From Eledone cirrhosa (taxonomy: Eukaryota), in NCBI GenBank assembly GCA_964016885.1, contig OZ024752.1, forward strand, positions 35,464,001 to 35,528,000: a stretch of DNA of 64,000 nt. Direction: 5' to 3'. A program made the position numbers and the translations under genes. The notes beneath the pieces were generated by a model. The model saw nothing but the letters and a program-made list of their open reading frames with translations, did no database searches and was not told the DNA's origin. This document shows positions 1 to 13,200 of this stretch, piece after piece. Each line of letters begins with the position of its first letter. Within the stretch, counting starts at the first letter, position 1.

Positions 1-168
1 AATATATATTTAACACCATATCTAGTATTCGTAGAAGTACATTATGTAATTTTCTTCATTTTTTTGTCGCTTTTTTTTTAAATTTAAATTTAATATTTTC
101 TCTTCAAACCCATTATAGCATTTTAATAATTAATAACTAATTGCTTAATAATTCATTGATTAACTTAC

Positions 169-250
169 CGAAACTATTTGTGATAAATCCAAAAAAATGT
201 AGTAGCAAAACAGATCTAATAAACGGTGGTAATTCCTGTCCATGGAGCAT
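169..250 (-). CDS. Candidate first coding exon of a host gene running off the left edge (signal-peptide-like MLHGQELPPFIRSVLLLHFFGFITNSF, phase-1 donor)
   Basis: ATG at 250, 27 open codons with a hydrophobic stretch, then G|GTAAGT donor at 169/168. A strong polypyrimidine acceptor (TTTGACAG|G) at 892/891 could make 891-169 one 5'UTR+CDS exon. Lies in mostly unique sequence. No homology recognised. Confidence 0.4.
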
Positions 251-839
251 CTCAATATTTAGCAGCCGTTGTTATTTTCAGATTGAAATCTACGATATCA
301 ACACAATTTTAATAATGTAGCTTCTCCACTACATATGTTCCGATATGAATAGCATTTCTTTTGCACATTAATAGAACTATGTGTGATGTAAACAAATACA
401 TGTATTATTATTTCGTCAGTGTTGTCTTAAATTACTAAATAAATAACATATAGATTGTGTACCACGGAAAGTAACAATAGAACTAACGAAGAAAGCAGCC
501 ATCCAAGCAACTATGAGTGAGAACGTTCGAATGAATGATATTACGGTGCGTGTAGTTGACCATGAGACTGAATGATTGGCTGGTCTATCTAAACAGTTGG
601 ATATGAAGACAAATGGATAGCATCTTATTGATGTTATTATGTTTGGAATGGCTGTTGTCGGCGTTAATTGTATCGTTAATATAAGACGTCTTTAGAAAAT
701 GAACATAGTTCATTTAACGTGTCTGCTATGATACTATTACTTTTTCTTTTTCTTCTTCTTTATTATCCTGCATTTCCCTACCAAACGAGAGGAGGACTGT
801 AGTATAAGCACAGTCGTCATTAAAATAAGCAGGCATGTT

Positions 840-843
<4 letters not shown>

Positions 844-882
<39 letters not shown>
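844..882. repeat. (AG)n microsatellite
   Basis: Direct reading. Confidence 0.95.
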
Positions 883-884
<2 letters not shown>

Positions 885-1295
885 TGTTAACCTGTCAAAT
901 TTATAAAATAGGAAAAATAATTTTAAGAAAAAGAAAAAGGAAAAAAAAAAAAAAATCAACCCCTTAAACCGTAGACTTAAACTCAACTGGATTATAACAT
1001 TCTAAGAATATAGAAAGAGTTCTATAAAAAATAGTTTAAAGTAAGATCAATGTTATTGAAACTAAGGAAACGGTATTTCTGTATAGATTCTTCATTTTAC
1101 AAAACAAATGAAAGAGGAAATAAGAGAGATTAGAATGAGTATGTTAGGTTTAATCTGAAGTTCTCAATTAGTGTGTGTATTATAATATATGATATAGTAA
1201 AGAAGAACTGGAGATTTGGAGTACTGTAGGAGTTATAACGATATGATATGACCAGTTATAATAATATACAAACTGATGTATAGAATATATCATGT

Positions 1296-1876
<581 letters not shown>

Positions 1877-2389
1877 ATGGAGCGAAATATTTTTCGAAAA
1901 TAATGTAAATCGTCATTTAACAAAATTAAGAGGAAGATAACGAAGACAAGGATGATATTGCTGCTGCTGCTGATAAGGAGGGGGAAGGGGGAAGATGACA
2001 TTAGTGAGAAAAAAGGGGCTGCTTATAGTCTTAACATTCCTTTTTTCACTGTCACCACTTCAACTTCTGTTCCCTTACCATCCCTTGCTACTAATTGATT
2101 TGTCACACGGGCACAGTGCCTTGACTTTATAGGGGGAGAAAACTAGATTGTGCCTTATTCATCTGATTTGCTCCCCGCAAAAGAACCCTTACCAAACCCC
2201 TGGCCTGTTTAGGAGAGTAAGTGGAACCACGGCAGCACAAAAATAAATACAAGAGCTGTTAAAGGGGTGGAGGAACTTCTCCGAGTCAATAGTCAACTAC
2301 GGGTTAAATAGCCTTACCAACCCACAATTGGCCAAGCGTCGTGAGTACGACTACATCCATGAAGACATGACCAAAACCAAACAGAAAGC

Positions 2390-2740
2390 GTTTGAGGTGA
2401 ACCAGGGAAGGGGTTCCTCCAGCAGGAGTGAGACGGCCCTGGATTTGATGGAGGTCAAATAGGGAGGGGTTCCTCCAACAGGAGTGAGAAGGACCTGGAT
2501 TTGATGGAGGTCAAACAGGGAGGGGTTCCTCCAACAGGAGTGAGAAGGACCTGGATTTGATGGAGGTCAAACAGGGAGGGGTTCCTCCAACAGGAGTGAG
2601 AAGGACCTGGATTGGATGGAGGTCAACCAGGAAGAAGTTCCTCCAGCAGGATTTACAAGGCCCTGGATTGGATGGAGGTCAAATAAGGAGGGGTTCCTCC
2701 AACAAGAGTGAGAAGGCCCTAGATAGGATTGGATTGGAAG
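2390..2740 (+). repeat. 56-bp minisatellite, about 6 diverging copies, inside a dispersed repeat also present at 33120-33345
   Basis: Unit GATGGAGGTCAAACAGGGAGGGGTTCCTCCAACAGGAGTGAGAAGGACCTGGATTT; flank 2215-2400 aligns by eye with 33120-33300. Confidence 0.85.
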
Positions 2741-2782
2741 ACAGTTCCAACCAAGAATCGAAACCGCGTAGCAAGTTTGTAC

Positions 2783-2862
2783 GCCGTGGCTGTGGGGCGG
2801 CCAGCACGTGGGACCCCATTTGCTCATAATACAGAGAGATGGGGAGGGCGAGAGAGATGGAG
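2783..2862 (+). mobile_element. 3' end of CRE-like non-LTR element
   Basis: GGCCAGCACGTGGGACCCCATTTGCTCATAATACAGA is shared with 34092 and 51324, where it follows RLE-domain coding remnants. Confidence 0.65.
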
Positions 2863-3224
2863 TCTCTTATAGTGTGTGTAAAGCCCCTTTTATCTAAGAT
2901 GGTCGTTTGACACGCAACATAAGAAAGATGTTCCGAATCTCATCAATGGTTTTGTTGCTCTTTTTTGCTAGCGGGGTCTCCACGACTGCCCAGTAATATC
3001 TGAGGGGTGCATTCACATGGACCCAGTAGTGCCCTCATAAGGACCCAGCGGTGCCACGTTATGTCCATATAAGGAAAGATCTAACACTAACACTGCTCTG
3101 CTTTGCTGTGGAAAACAATCGTAATTTTTTGAATAGAGACATCATCTCAGTTTTCAAAAAAGTGAGTAAAAGATAATGTGGTGGCGTTCAGCCGTTCCTT
3201 AGATGATTAGTGATATGAATGTAG

Positions 3225-3287
3225 TATGCTGCGCTATATATGCTGCGCTATATATGCTGCGCTATATATGCTGCGCTATATATGCTG
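3225..3287. repeat. 14-bp tandem repeat (TATATGCTGCGCTA) x about 4
   Basis: Direct reading. Confidence 0.9.
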
Positions 3288-3479
3288 TCTGAGTCGGACC
3301 TCAATCTCAGTTTTCTTTTAGTTTATTTGTAAAAAAACAATAAATAATAAAATAAAATGGTAAATAGATCTTCCGTCGTATTGAACGATGAATATTCCAG
3401 TTGTTACATCAACTGAACTACCTACTAATTGAATTGGTGTGTAGTTATCTCAGAGAACACGTCTAATTCACTCCTTACT

Positions 3480-4259
3480 CATCAGAAATATCTAAGTTGG
3501 CAACTGAAACCAAACTATGAGGCAGATTCTTCCACATCCCACACTTACACAACAAAAGCTCTACGCTCCAAGTATTTCAAAGGAGGTCATTCAGGGATCT
3601 GCTCTAACACCCGGGATCAAAACAAGCCTTACAACAGCTCAAGGAAATCACTGTCTTCCGAAAACTGCGCAACATTTACCCACCAGCATCGTAACTTTTG
3701 TAAGGTCGCTGCCTGACCTGCGAAACCTACTTCTGTGTATCACTCACTCATCTCTTAGATTCTGGTCCTTCCAACTCCCAAACTGGAGTTGACAATTCCG
3801 GTCCCTTACCAAAAGGATCTCCACCAAATCTATAATATCCTTCTTTCCTACTCTTCAATTATGATGGTTCTACGACCAGTGCACCGCCTTCGTTTCCCAC
3901 TTTGCATCTATTTCAACACCGCGTGCTCTTTTACACAACATTCTACTCTGGATTCATACTCGCATCATCGATCGCTTCAAGCCAACAGGGCCACCAGATC
4001 TGACATTGCCCTCTCGATCACCCACAAACACTGCGCCCCAGAGCTAATCTCTTCACCCACCACCAATCTTTTCAATATATTCCTATCTACTTGGATATTC
4101 CTTGATCTTAAGAAACCGCTAGTACCCTATTCTCAGAAAGAGAAATCCATCTGACCATGCTAATTCTCGCCCAATTGCACTCCCAATATCTCAAGCTAAT
4201 GCAGATAGCCATTGACAATTACTTTCTTCAACAAATCTCTCTCTCATATATATATATAT

Positions 4260-4343
<84 letters not shown>

Positions 4344-4478
4344 GCTGAGGATCCGCATAAGGTGAAACATTTGTTCTCGGTAATGGTGAACAACTAACTG
4401 TTGTGGAACTACTACTACCAAACTCATCACATGGACTGAGTGCTTTACTACTACGGATACAACTCTCCAGTGTTCTAC

Positions 4479-4531
<53 letters not shown>

Positions 4532-5060
4532 TAACAGATTAATGTTTAAGCAAAGAAACGCTGCCTCACCCTTATCGGGATCTACTGAAAAAAAAAATAA
4601 TAATAATAAAAAAAATTCAAAAAAACAGAAGATCCCGTTAAGGGTGAAAGCAGCGATTCTTTGCTTAAACTTTAATCTGTTATTTTAATAAATATTTGCT
4701 CTACGGTTTTTATATTTTTTTATATATATATATATTATCCTTATCGAAAACCAGTACGGCGGCTTCCGCATCCAGGAAGGAAAGCCACTCAACCAATCGA
4801 TTTAAAGCCCCTCTCTGACATTCTCCAGTTTTTGACTCACAGAAGTTATACCTCCTTCCCCCAGTCTCTTCTACCGTAATTATAATAATCTCTCTTCTCA
4901 GCTCCAAGCCCCTTAAGTCTTACAAAAATCCGCAACACCCAGACCTTCCTACTCAGAACATCGGTCATCTGGAAATTCCTTCCTGCTCATGTCTTTCATA
5001 TAGAAGTTGGCTTGCGACAATTTAAATAGAACATCAATGATATCGATCCCTCTAATCTCG
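3480..5060 (+). pseudogene. Highly degraded APE-type LINE (L2/CR1/Jockey-like) ORF2 remnant, interrupted by (AG)n and a Penelope-like palindrome
   Basis: Broken motifs such as CAPEL..P..LFNIFLST and P.PYSQK near 4030-4200; WxxLPAHVF...QFK.NIN near 4970-5040. Confidence 0.45.
4525..4706. mobile_element. Penelope-like terminal repeat family A, fold-back palindrome in (TA)n
   Basis: 4525-4588 is the reverse complement of 4626-4690; same sequence as the end of the GIY-YIG element at 42045-42116. Confidence 0.8.
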
Positions 5061-5335
5061 GATTAAATTAATCTTCTGGCAGAATCAGTGATCAATCTCT
5101 CTGATATCGGATTATAGCAATCATCAGACAGAATCAATGACCGACCTCTCTAATCTCGGATTAAATTAATCTTCAGACAGAATCAGTGATCAATCTCTGA
5201 TGTCGGATTACAGCTATCATCAGATAGAATCAATGATTGATCTCTCTTATCTCGGATTAAAGTAATCTTCGGACAGAATCAGTAATCGACTTCTGATGCC
5301 TGATTAAATTAATCTTCAGACACAATCTTCAGACA
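5045..5335 (+). repeat. About 49-bp minisatellite (about 6 copies, alternating variants) starting at the LINE 3' end
   Basis: AGAATCA anchors at 5081, 5130, 5179, 5227, 5275. Confidence 0.8.
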
Positions 5336-5604
5336 CAATCAGCGACACAATCTGGCATGATCCTTTAATGACAGATACAGTACACCCGACTGGTTTCCTC
5401 ACAGTTTACGCCCATCTTCATTCATAAAGCTATGGTATAAGATACTGCCCAGGATGTATTTCAGTGTGATCGAACCTGGAAATTCTGATTGTGAGGTGAA
5501 CTACTCAACCACTGGGCTATGTCTGAACCCAATTTTCTTTTACTCTACAGCCATCAATACAGGTAAATTCTTTCTAGTAAAAATGATTTGATTTTTTGAA
5601 ATAA

Positions 5605-5775
5605 TTATTTCACAAGGCCAACAATTTTGGAGAGGGGAAAATCATTAAATCAACCCCAGTACATACTGGTACTTTATTGTATTGACCCTGTAAGAATGGA
5701 AGGTAAAGCTAACCTCGGCAAGATTTGAACTCAGAACAAAAAAGTGCCGTAACTCTATGTCGTACAGCATTTTGT
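5605..5775 (-). mobile_element. tRNA-derived Meta-core SINE, partial
   Basis: Reverse complement of GAGTTCAAAT..CCGAGGT..CTTT.CCTT.CAT..GGGTC.ATA..TAAAGTACCAG. Confidence 0.8.
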
Positions 5776-5899
5776 AATTATTTGTCGCTATATACATAGA
5801 AATGATAAATTGGTCAATACTATCGTTAGAAATTAGTGTTTAAATCAAAGTTAAAGTTAGGTTAAATTCTTGTTATTTATTAATAATTTCTATCTCTTT

Positions 5900-6410
5900 T
5901 TAAGAATAGAAAAAGAATCTTAAAGAGGAATAAGAAGAACATATAGCAATGAAGATATAGGAAGCATTAAATACCATTTTAAGGATGGCAGAATTGTTAT
6001 ATCACATAAAATGAAGCGGAGGTGTAGTAACTTATGAAGATTATATACAAAATAAGAAAAATGGTGGAACGTGCTACTAAAGGCTGGAATAAGGAAAATG
6101 GTGTGGAGTGGTACCAAAGGCTGGAATAGTTGAGATAGTATGATCAATAGCATCTGAAGAATTCGAAAGTTATCTTGAAAAAAAAATGGATCGACAGACT
6201 TATGATCGTGCTTAATAAATCAGATCAAACGACAGAAACTGAAGAATTGATCTTTACAGCACAGGAAGAGACTCAAGGAACATGATATGAAGTTCTATAG
6301 AGATAGATAAGAGGACCGAATCACCATTAGGAAGAATGTGATCGAAAAAAGGCGAAAGTGTGGTATATTTGATAAAGCATTCTTTTGAACTAGTTTAGAC
6401 GTCATAAGAG
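5900..6410 (+). pseudogene. R4/Dong-like non-LTR retrotransposon relic
   Basis: Broken translation ETEELIFTAQEE..., IDK..ESPL.RM, GESV..., matching the R4-clade region ETEGxIxAAQEQAL...IDK...SPLCRxC. Confidence 0.5.
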
Positions 6411-6474
6411 ATTAAAGAAGTTAATAATACAGGTGCTAAACATGCTAATAATACAGGTATTAAACATGTTACTA

Positions 6475-6925
6475 GGCGTAGAATTGGCAGAGTCGTTAGA
6501 ACGTCGGATAGAATACTTTGTGGTACTCGTTCTGGTTCTTAGCTCTCTCAGTTCAAATTCCCGCCGAGGTCAATTTTGTATTTCATCCTTTCGAGGTCGA
6601 TACAAAAAAATACCAGTCTAATACTGGGGTAGATTCTTCCTCTATATCTCTTTCAACCTTTCTCTCTCTCTCACTCTCTTTATCCTTCTCTGGAAGAAAT
6701 GTATTGCGTTCAGACCAAGAGAGGAGGTGAGCTCTGCCAAGTTAAAAAAAGGCGCAGAAATGCTTTGTGGCATTCGATTTGGTTCTCTATTCTCTGAGTT
6801 CAAATTCTGCCAAGGACAACTTTGTCTTTTATCTTTTCAAGTTCGATAACAAAAAGATACCAGTCTAGTACTGGGATCGATTCTTCCTCTATATCTCTTT
6901 CAAGCTTTCTATTCTTCTCTGAAAA
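6475..6925 (+). mobile_element. Two tandem older Meta-core SINE copies
   Basis: A-box-like TGGCAGAGTCGTTAG, B-box GTTCAAATTC, Meta-like core. Confidence 0.75.
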
Positions 6926-7234
6926 GAAACAAACCATTATTTCCAGAAATGTGTGTGTGTATGTATATGTGTGTGTGTGTGTATTCTAATCAATGATTTT
7001 GTTATATGTTGTCATTAGTGTAAAACCAATAATTGGCACCTGTTCGTATTCACCGTGTCCCGTTTCCTGGAATAATATCTAGATGTCAGGAAATCACTGC
7101 TAGGTCCATCGTTTTTCGCAAAGAGAAACTCTATGAGTTACAAGTTTCTGTGACATATTTCTGTTTATTTAAATCTATTTTCAGTAATGTTCTAGGAAAT
7201 ATATAATTCGTATACATACATGTATGATATATAG

Positions 7235-7460
7235 TGCAGACACACGTACCCTTAACGTAGTTCTCAGGGAGATTCAGCATGTCACAGAATATGACAAGGC
7301 TGGCTCTTTGAATTATATGTATAACTCATTTTTGTCAACTAAGTTGACTGGAGCAACGTAAAATAAAGTGCCCTGCTCAAGGACACAGTATGCCGCCGAG
7401 AATCGAACTCACGACCTTACGATCGTGAGCCGAATACCCTAACCACAAAACCACATGCCA
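7235..7460 (-). mobile_element. Second tRNA-derived SINE family (OR-like)
   Basis: Minus strand GTGGTTAGGGTATTCGGCTCACGATCGTAAGGTCGTGAGTTCGATTC...CCTTGAGCAGGGCACTTTATTT; relatives at 18290-18435(-), 19706-19850(+), 35948-36112(+), 38870-38935(+), 63737-63950(+). Confidence 0.8.
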
Positions 7461-7517
7461 TTACAGAAGTCATATACATTTGATTGATAAATGTCAGAAA
7501 GCCGGTACAATGTGGTA

Positions 7518-8324
7518 GAAATATGATTTCTAGTATAGGCACAAGGCCAGTAATTTGGGGGGGAGGGGAAAGTCGATTAAATCGACCCCAGTACATTACT
7601 GGTACTTTATTTTATCGACCCTGTAAGGATGAAAGGCAAAGTCAACCTCGGCGGGATTTGAACTCAGACCGTAAAGGGACGTAACTATGCTGGAAAGCAT
7701 GGCGTCCGACCCTCTACCGATACTGCCAATCCACCGCCCTTATAATTGTTTCTATTTTAGGCACAAGGCCAGCAATCACCCAGTACATTACTGGTACTTT
7801 ATTTTATCGACCCCGTAAGGATGAAAGGCAAAGTCAACCTCGACGGCGGGATTTGAACTCAGACCGTAAAGGGACGTAACTATGCTGGAAAGCATGGCGT
7901 CCGACCCTCTACCGATACTGCCAATCCACCGCCCTTATAATTGTTTCTATTTTAGGCACAAGGCCAGCAATCACCCAGTACATTACTGGTACTTTATTTT
8001 ATCGACCTCGTAAGGATGAAAGGCAAAGATAACCTCGGCGGGTTTTGAACTCAGATCCTAAAGGGCCGTAACTCTATGCTGCAAAGCATGGCGTCCGACC
8101 CTCTACCGATACTGCCAATCCACCGCCCTTATAATTGTTTCTATTTTAGGCACAAGGCCAGCAATCACCCAGTACATTACTGGTACTTTATTTTATCGAC
8201 CCCGTAAGGATGAAAGGCAAAGTCAACCTCGACGGCGGGATTTGAACTCAGACCGTAAAGGGACGTAACTATGCTGCAAAGCATGGCGTCCGACCCTCTA
8301 CCGATACTGCCAATTCACCGCCCT
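7518..8324 (-). mobile_element. Head-to-tail tetramer of Meta-core SINE flanked by 10-bp TSD CAATGTGGTA
   Basis: Four about 195-bp units; CAATGTGGTA at 7508-7517 and 8325-8334. Confidence 0.88.
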
Positions 8325-8507
8325 CAATGTGGTAATAATGTATAAAGGGAAAAGGACGATAAACAAAGACCCTGTTGAAATATACAGCGTAAGAAAAACA
8401 TTACTTTGTTTTGTTTTATTTGTCATCTTTGGCCCTTTATATATTTCTACCGCATTGTACCGGCTTTCTGAAATATTTATCAGTCATTTATTATATATCT
8501 CACAATA

Positions 8508-8893
8508 GGGCGGCGGTGGATTGGAAGTATCGATAGAGAGTCGGACGCCATGCTTTGAAGCATAGAGTTACGTCCCTTTATGATCTGAGTTCAAATCCCG
8601 CCGAGGTTATCTTTGCCTTTCATCCTTACGAGGTCGATAAAATAAAGTACCAGTAATGTACTGGGTAATTTGCTGGCCTTGTGCCTAAAATAGAAACAAT
8701 TATAAGGGCGGTGAATTGGCAGTATCGGTAGAGAGTCGGACGCCATGCTTTCCAGCATAGTCACGTCCCTTTACGGTCTGAGTTCAAATCTCGCCGTCGA
8801 GGTTGACTTTGCCTTTCATCCTTACGGGGTCGATAAAATAAAGTACCAGTAATGCACTGGGTAATTGCTGGCCTTGTGCCTAAAGTAGAAACA
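8508..8893 (+). mobile_element. Dimer of Meta-core SINE flanked by 18-bp TSD ATTATATATCTCACAATA
   Basis: TSD at 8490-8507 and 8894-8911. Confidence 0.9.
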
Positions 8894-8924
8894 ATTATAT
8901 ATCTCACAATACTTCATATTAACT

Positions 8925-9525
8925 ATGGTATGGTATGGTCCCGTAACGGCGTCTCTTGGGTATATAAAGCCCAGCTGAGCCCATCCCTCTTCATGTGAAT
9001 GTATGGTATGGTCCCTTAACTCCTGATAGAGTGCTAGGGGCGCCGTATTGACATACGGCGTCTCTTGGGCATGTAAAGCCCAGCTGAGCCCATCGCTCTT
9101 CATGTGAATGTATGGTATGGTCCCGTAACTCCTGATAGAGTGCTAGGGGCGCCGTATTGACATACGGCGTCTCTTGGGTATGTAAAGCCCAGCTGAGCCC
9201 ATCGCTCTTCATGTGAATGTATGGTATGGTCCCGTAACTCCTGGTAGAGTGCTAGGGACGCCGTATTGACATACGGCGTCTCTTGGGTATGTAAAGCCCA
9301 GCTGAGCCCATCGCTCTTCATGTGAATGTATGGTATGGTCCCGTAACTCCTGGTAGAGTGCTAGGGACGCCGTATTGACATACGGCGTCTCTTGGGTATG
9401 TAAAGCCCAGCTGAGCCCATCCCTCTTCATGTGAATGTATGGTATGGTCCCGTAACTCCTGGTAGAGTGCTAGGGACGCCGTATTGACATACGGCGTCTC
9501 TTGGGCATTTTAAGCCTGGCGGAGC
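8925..9525 (-). repeat. 109-bp tandem array (about 5.5 copies) built from a SINE/LINE 3' tail with hairpin GACGCCGTATG-TCAATACGGCGTC and (ATACC)n end
   Basis: 109-nt period (ORF starts 9103/9212/9321/9430); continuous with the SINE at 9525-9786(-); related tail pieces at 21295 and 53598. Confidence 0.88.
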
Positions 9526-9786
9526 CCATCCCTTTCCAGGCCTGAGTACAGCAGATTTCTTCTGGGGAAAGATAGAAAGTGAGAGATGATGAGAGATAGG
9601 GAATGAGAAATAGATATAGAGGAAGAATCGACCCCAGTACTAGACTGGTACTTTTTTTATCGACCTCGAAAGGATGAAAGGCAAAGTTGACCTCGGCGGG
9701 GATTTGAACTCAGAGAGTAGAGAGTCGGAACGAATACCATAAAGCATTCTATCTGACGTTCTAACGATTCTGCCAATTCGCCGCCT
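9525..9786 (-). mobile_element. Meta-core SINE, older subfamily with long tail
   Basis: tRNA-like head plus Meta core; sister copy at 21295-21565(-). Confidence 0.8.
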
Positions 9787-10899
9787 ATCACATTATCTTA
9801 TTATCTATATAAAATTTATATAATTCGATAAAAAAAATGCTAGCAGTAAAAAATACGAACAATGAAATATATGGTACAATTGGTTCATTTGGATTTCTAT
9901 TTTTCTAAAAAAAAAAAAACCATAAGCATCAATGGTTGACTGCTTTATCATCATTTGTACGACTAATTCTCCTTATGACATTCTAGTGTTATCATTACAA
10001 ATAAAGAAATATATCATTACAGATATTTTAACTGTCGTGCTTTATTCACAATTTGAATCAGTTTCTGAAATTTTCCCTAAAACATGAATTATTTCGCTAA
10101 ATCTTTGAGATAATATTTCTGTGGTTAAACCAGTCGTGAGGATTTTCTTCATTATCTGAACCAGACACTTATGGTTCCGTTAACACTTTATGGTCTTCAT
10201 ATGTGACGGTCTCCTTATCAGTAAACAATAAATCCTGAGTATCAGTTATATCGACTTCTTCAAATTCCACTTCCGACCTCTAAGACAGTTTTATCCTCTA
10301 CCCTATCGTCTCTCAATTATATTCTAACACAAATGAAACAGAGATACTTAAATTCTTGTCAATCATCTTTAACCTTTCTTTTTTCTTGTATAACGTCATT
10401 TTTTCCAAAAACACTTGGCTTTAATACAGTCACTTTAATTAACTGAATTCGAAGATAATACAACTATACCTCACACTACGTCGTTATTTGGTTCCAGATG
10501 TCAAACCTAAGTCGAAAACGATGACTGTCAAATCAACCTCCCTCTATACACCGCTAATAGGCATTCCCCAGTGCTGTAATTTAACGTACATACAGTATTT
10601 ACACTATTATTTATATATGTATTTTAAATAAGACAGTTATTTGAAGTATTTTTATGATTTAATATTTTTGTCAAGTTGAGTCAGTAGACATAACACTGGG
10701 GTTATTTTTGCCTTATAATATTAAGAATAACAACCGTAATTTAGAAAATGACGAAACTCGAAACGACGCAAGCCAAGGTCAACCTGTATTCCTGCAAACA
10801 GAAATAATTATTTGATCCCAACAGTGTAATAGTGAAGTTAGGTTTAACGAGATGAAGATGACTTCAACACGTACACACGTTTGGGCTGAATCAAGATTT

Positions 10900-11720
10900 T
10901 AAGGAAAAACCAAGTACGTTTGTTTACCATGAGAACAAGTACCATGGGCTCGAGAATCTTCTTCTTACAGTAATCTTGACAACAGGGCAGAAATCTTGCT
11001 TTTCTGTTAGATTTCCACAAAACAGGCAAATTATATTTTGATACACCTTTCATTCCTTTTGGAGTATCAACATTATATAAACAAATACTGGATTAAGTTT
11101 CATATCTAGTAACATATGCTAATAACACCATTGTGAGATGATTTTTGCTATTTTATAACCTGGTAACTTTTTCCTATTTCGAGATATACATTTTAGATGA
11201 TATATTAGCCAATATTTGTCTACAGTAAAAACATCTTCAATTGAGCCGGAAATTTTGATACAGCCTAGAAGTCGGCACATGCTGATTCCCTTATCATTTT
11301 CAATTGAGCCGGAAATTTTGATACAGCCTAGAAGTCGGCACATGCTGATTCCCTTATCATTTTCAATTGAGCCGGAAATTTTGATACAGCCCGGAAGTCA
11401 GCACATGCTGATTCCCTTATCATTTTCACTTGAGCCGGATATTTTGATACAGCCTGGAAGTCAGCACATGCTGACTCCCTTATCATCTAAATGCTATGGA
11501 GATTAGATTAGCTAGTTTCTTGAACTTTTCAAACCCTACACAAGAAAGAATAACGTTTTAGTAACTTACTCTGCAATTTCTTGTTCTAGCTTGTTAAATT
11601 GATTTAATACCTTTGCTGAAACATTACTCCAGAGTGGTATAGAGGAAGAATGGCGTATAACGCTCTACTGTATCATCCGCCCAAACACTTAACATTTACA
11701 CCATATGTTTCATGATTACG
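10900..11720 (-). pseudogene. pogo/Tigger DDE transposase relic
   Basis: Broken minus-strand translation: MLSVWADD, IPL...AK, GFEKFKK, GESACAD...FP.QL, VFTVD, LPGYKIAK.HLTMVLL, KLNPVFVY...KGVSKYNLPVLWKSNRKA, YCKKK.LEP.VLV. Confidence 0.75.
11236..11485. repeat. 66-bp tandem repeat (about 3.8 copies) amplified from the Tigger ORF
   Basis: 22-aa periodicity in ORF 11216-11506. Confidence 0.92.
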
Positions 11721-12219
11721 AAAACGTGTTATTTAACATGTGTTACGCTCACTTGAATTTTGCATGGTCACTTTTAATTTGTTTCAAATTGAAAGTTCAA
11801 GTCCTAATGATTCCGCAACAATAAGATTCTTTTCTTTTTTTTTTCAGTTTTTACTCTCTATTTATAGGCAGTAAATTAGCAGAGTCTTTAGAACGTCAGA
11901 TAGAATACTTTATGGTATTCGTTTCGGCTCTCTGAGTTCAAATCTCGATGAGATCAACTTTGCCTTTCATCCATTCAAGGCCGATTCGCAGCACCCCTTT
12001 CCCCACTTACTCTTCGTAAAATTCCCTCATGGACATGATGTCTTCCTCTACTCTTAGAGAGAGAGAAATAAAGACAGAAAGAGAGAGCAGGGGGAAGGGT
12101 GGAAAGAATGGGAGAGAGAGAGAGAGAGAGAGAGAGATGATTCTGATCTCAGCAATTTCAGGCCAATTTTTCCTGTTGCCTCTTTTATAACAGCCAGTCA
12201 CTTCTGTGGGAAAAGGGTC

Positions 12220-13200
12220 TGAGTCGATTTTAGTCGAATGGAAACTTCACGTAATAACAACGGTTCTTTACATGCCCACGGGGGTCATTTGATGAGTGAA
12301 CTGCACTTCAGTAATTGTATGGGTCATACTTCAGTAATTGTAGGGGGTCATACTGAATACGAGGTTGGGTGTTCCATTGTCTGCGACGTTCAGCCAATAA
12401 GAGAGGGGGAAGCGGGCGGTGATTACTTGACCCGATTCCAGATACCAGGCGCCATGTCGCGTGAATCGACTTGCACTGTGACGACAAGAAAGCTGATGTA
12501 ACTCGAACAATGGCATTTATGTGGCACACCCACGTGGAGGTTAAGGCTCGGGGCCTCTCCAATGCAAGTGCACTCATCATTAAGAAGGGCACCGGTTGAT
12601 AAGGTGGGCACCAAACTGAGCCACTCACCATAGTTTGGCTATGATGGTTCTTACAAAAGTAAGACATGTCGGTGTTGGTCCAAGGAAGATACCAGGCTTC
12701 CATCCCCGTTTTACCTCTTAAGATTTGCCATTCAATTATATGTTTAGCAGTGGGATAACATGCCCCACCAATGACAAATACAACTTTGGTTGACGGTAAC
12801 CACACTGTCAATCAGTAAGGGGGATACCAACGCAATTGGAACAACATCAAATGCAGTACAACCTGTAAGTGGATTGAGTCTTCAATGGAACAATACTGTC
12901 TTGCTTGCTTTCGGTCTGTCTTGTAACTAAACTGTAATGCGTGTTTCACTTCGGTGACCTTTTCATTTACTGGTACCCTTCTTAATCATGAGAGATATCC
13001 AAAACCCGGGAATCAACCGACAGTTTCTTTTTCGTGCTGGTCACGCTTACAACCTCTGATATCCTCGCTCCCTAAACTACCAATTTCTTACACCCCATCT
13101 GAAGAATGAGCCCCGTGAGGAGGAATGGTTGATGCAGTGGATGTCGCTGGATGTTCTTCATGGCAATTTTTTCACCATCTTGTCCACGATGTGGAACTGA
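12220..13200 (-). pseudogene. Possible degraded L1/Tx1-like RT C-terminal region
   Basis: GC-richer block with weak broken motifs; no intact diagnostic motif. Confidence 0.3.

Noticed and set aside
8935-9040. Twister or HDV-like ribozyme in the 109-bp unit
   Set aside because: Only short words match (TAACTCC, GGTCCC); the required pseudoknots could not be built.
11560-11700. Minus-strand splice donor and exon
   Set aside because: Lies within the Tigger transposase HTH relic.
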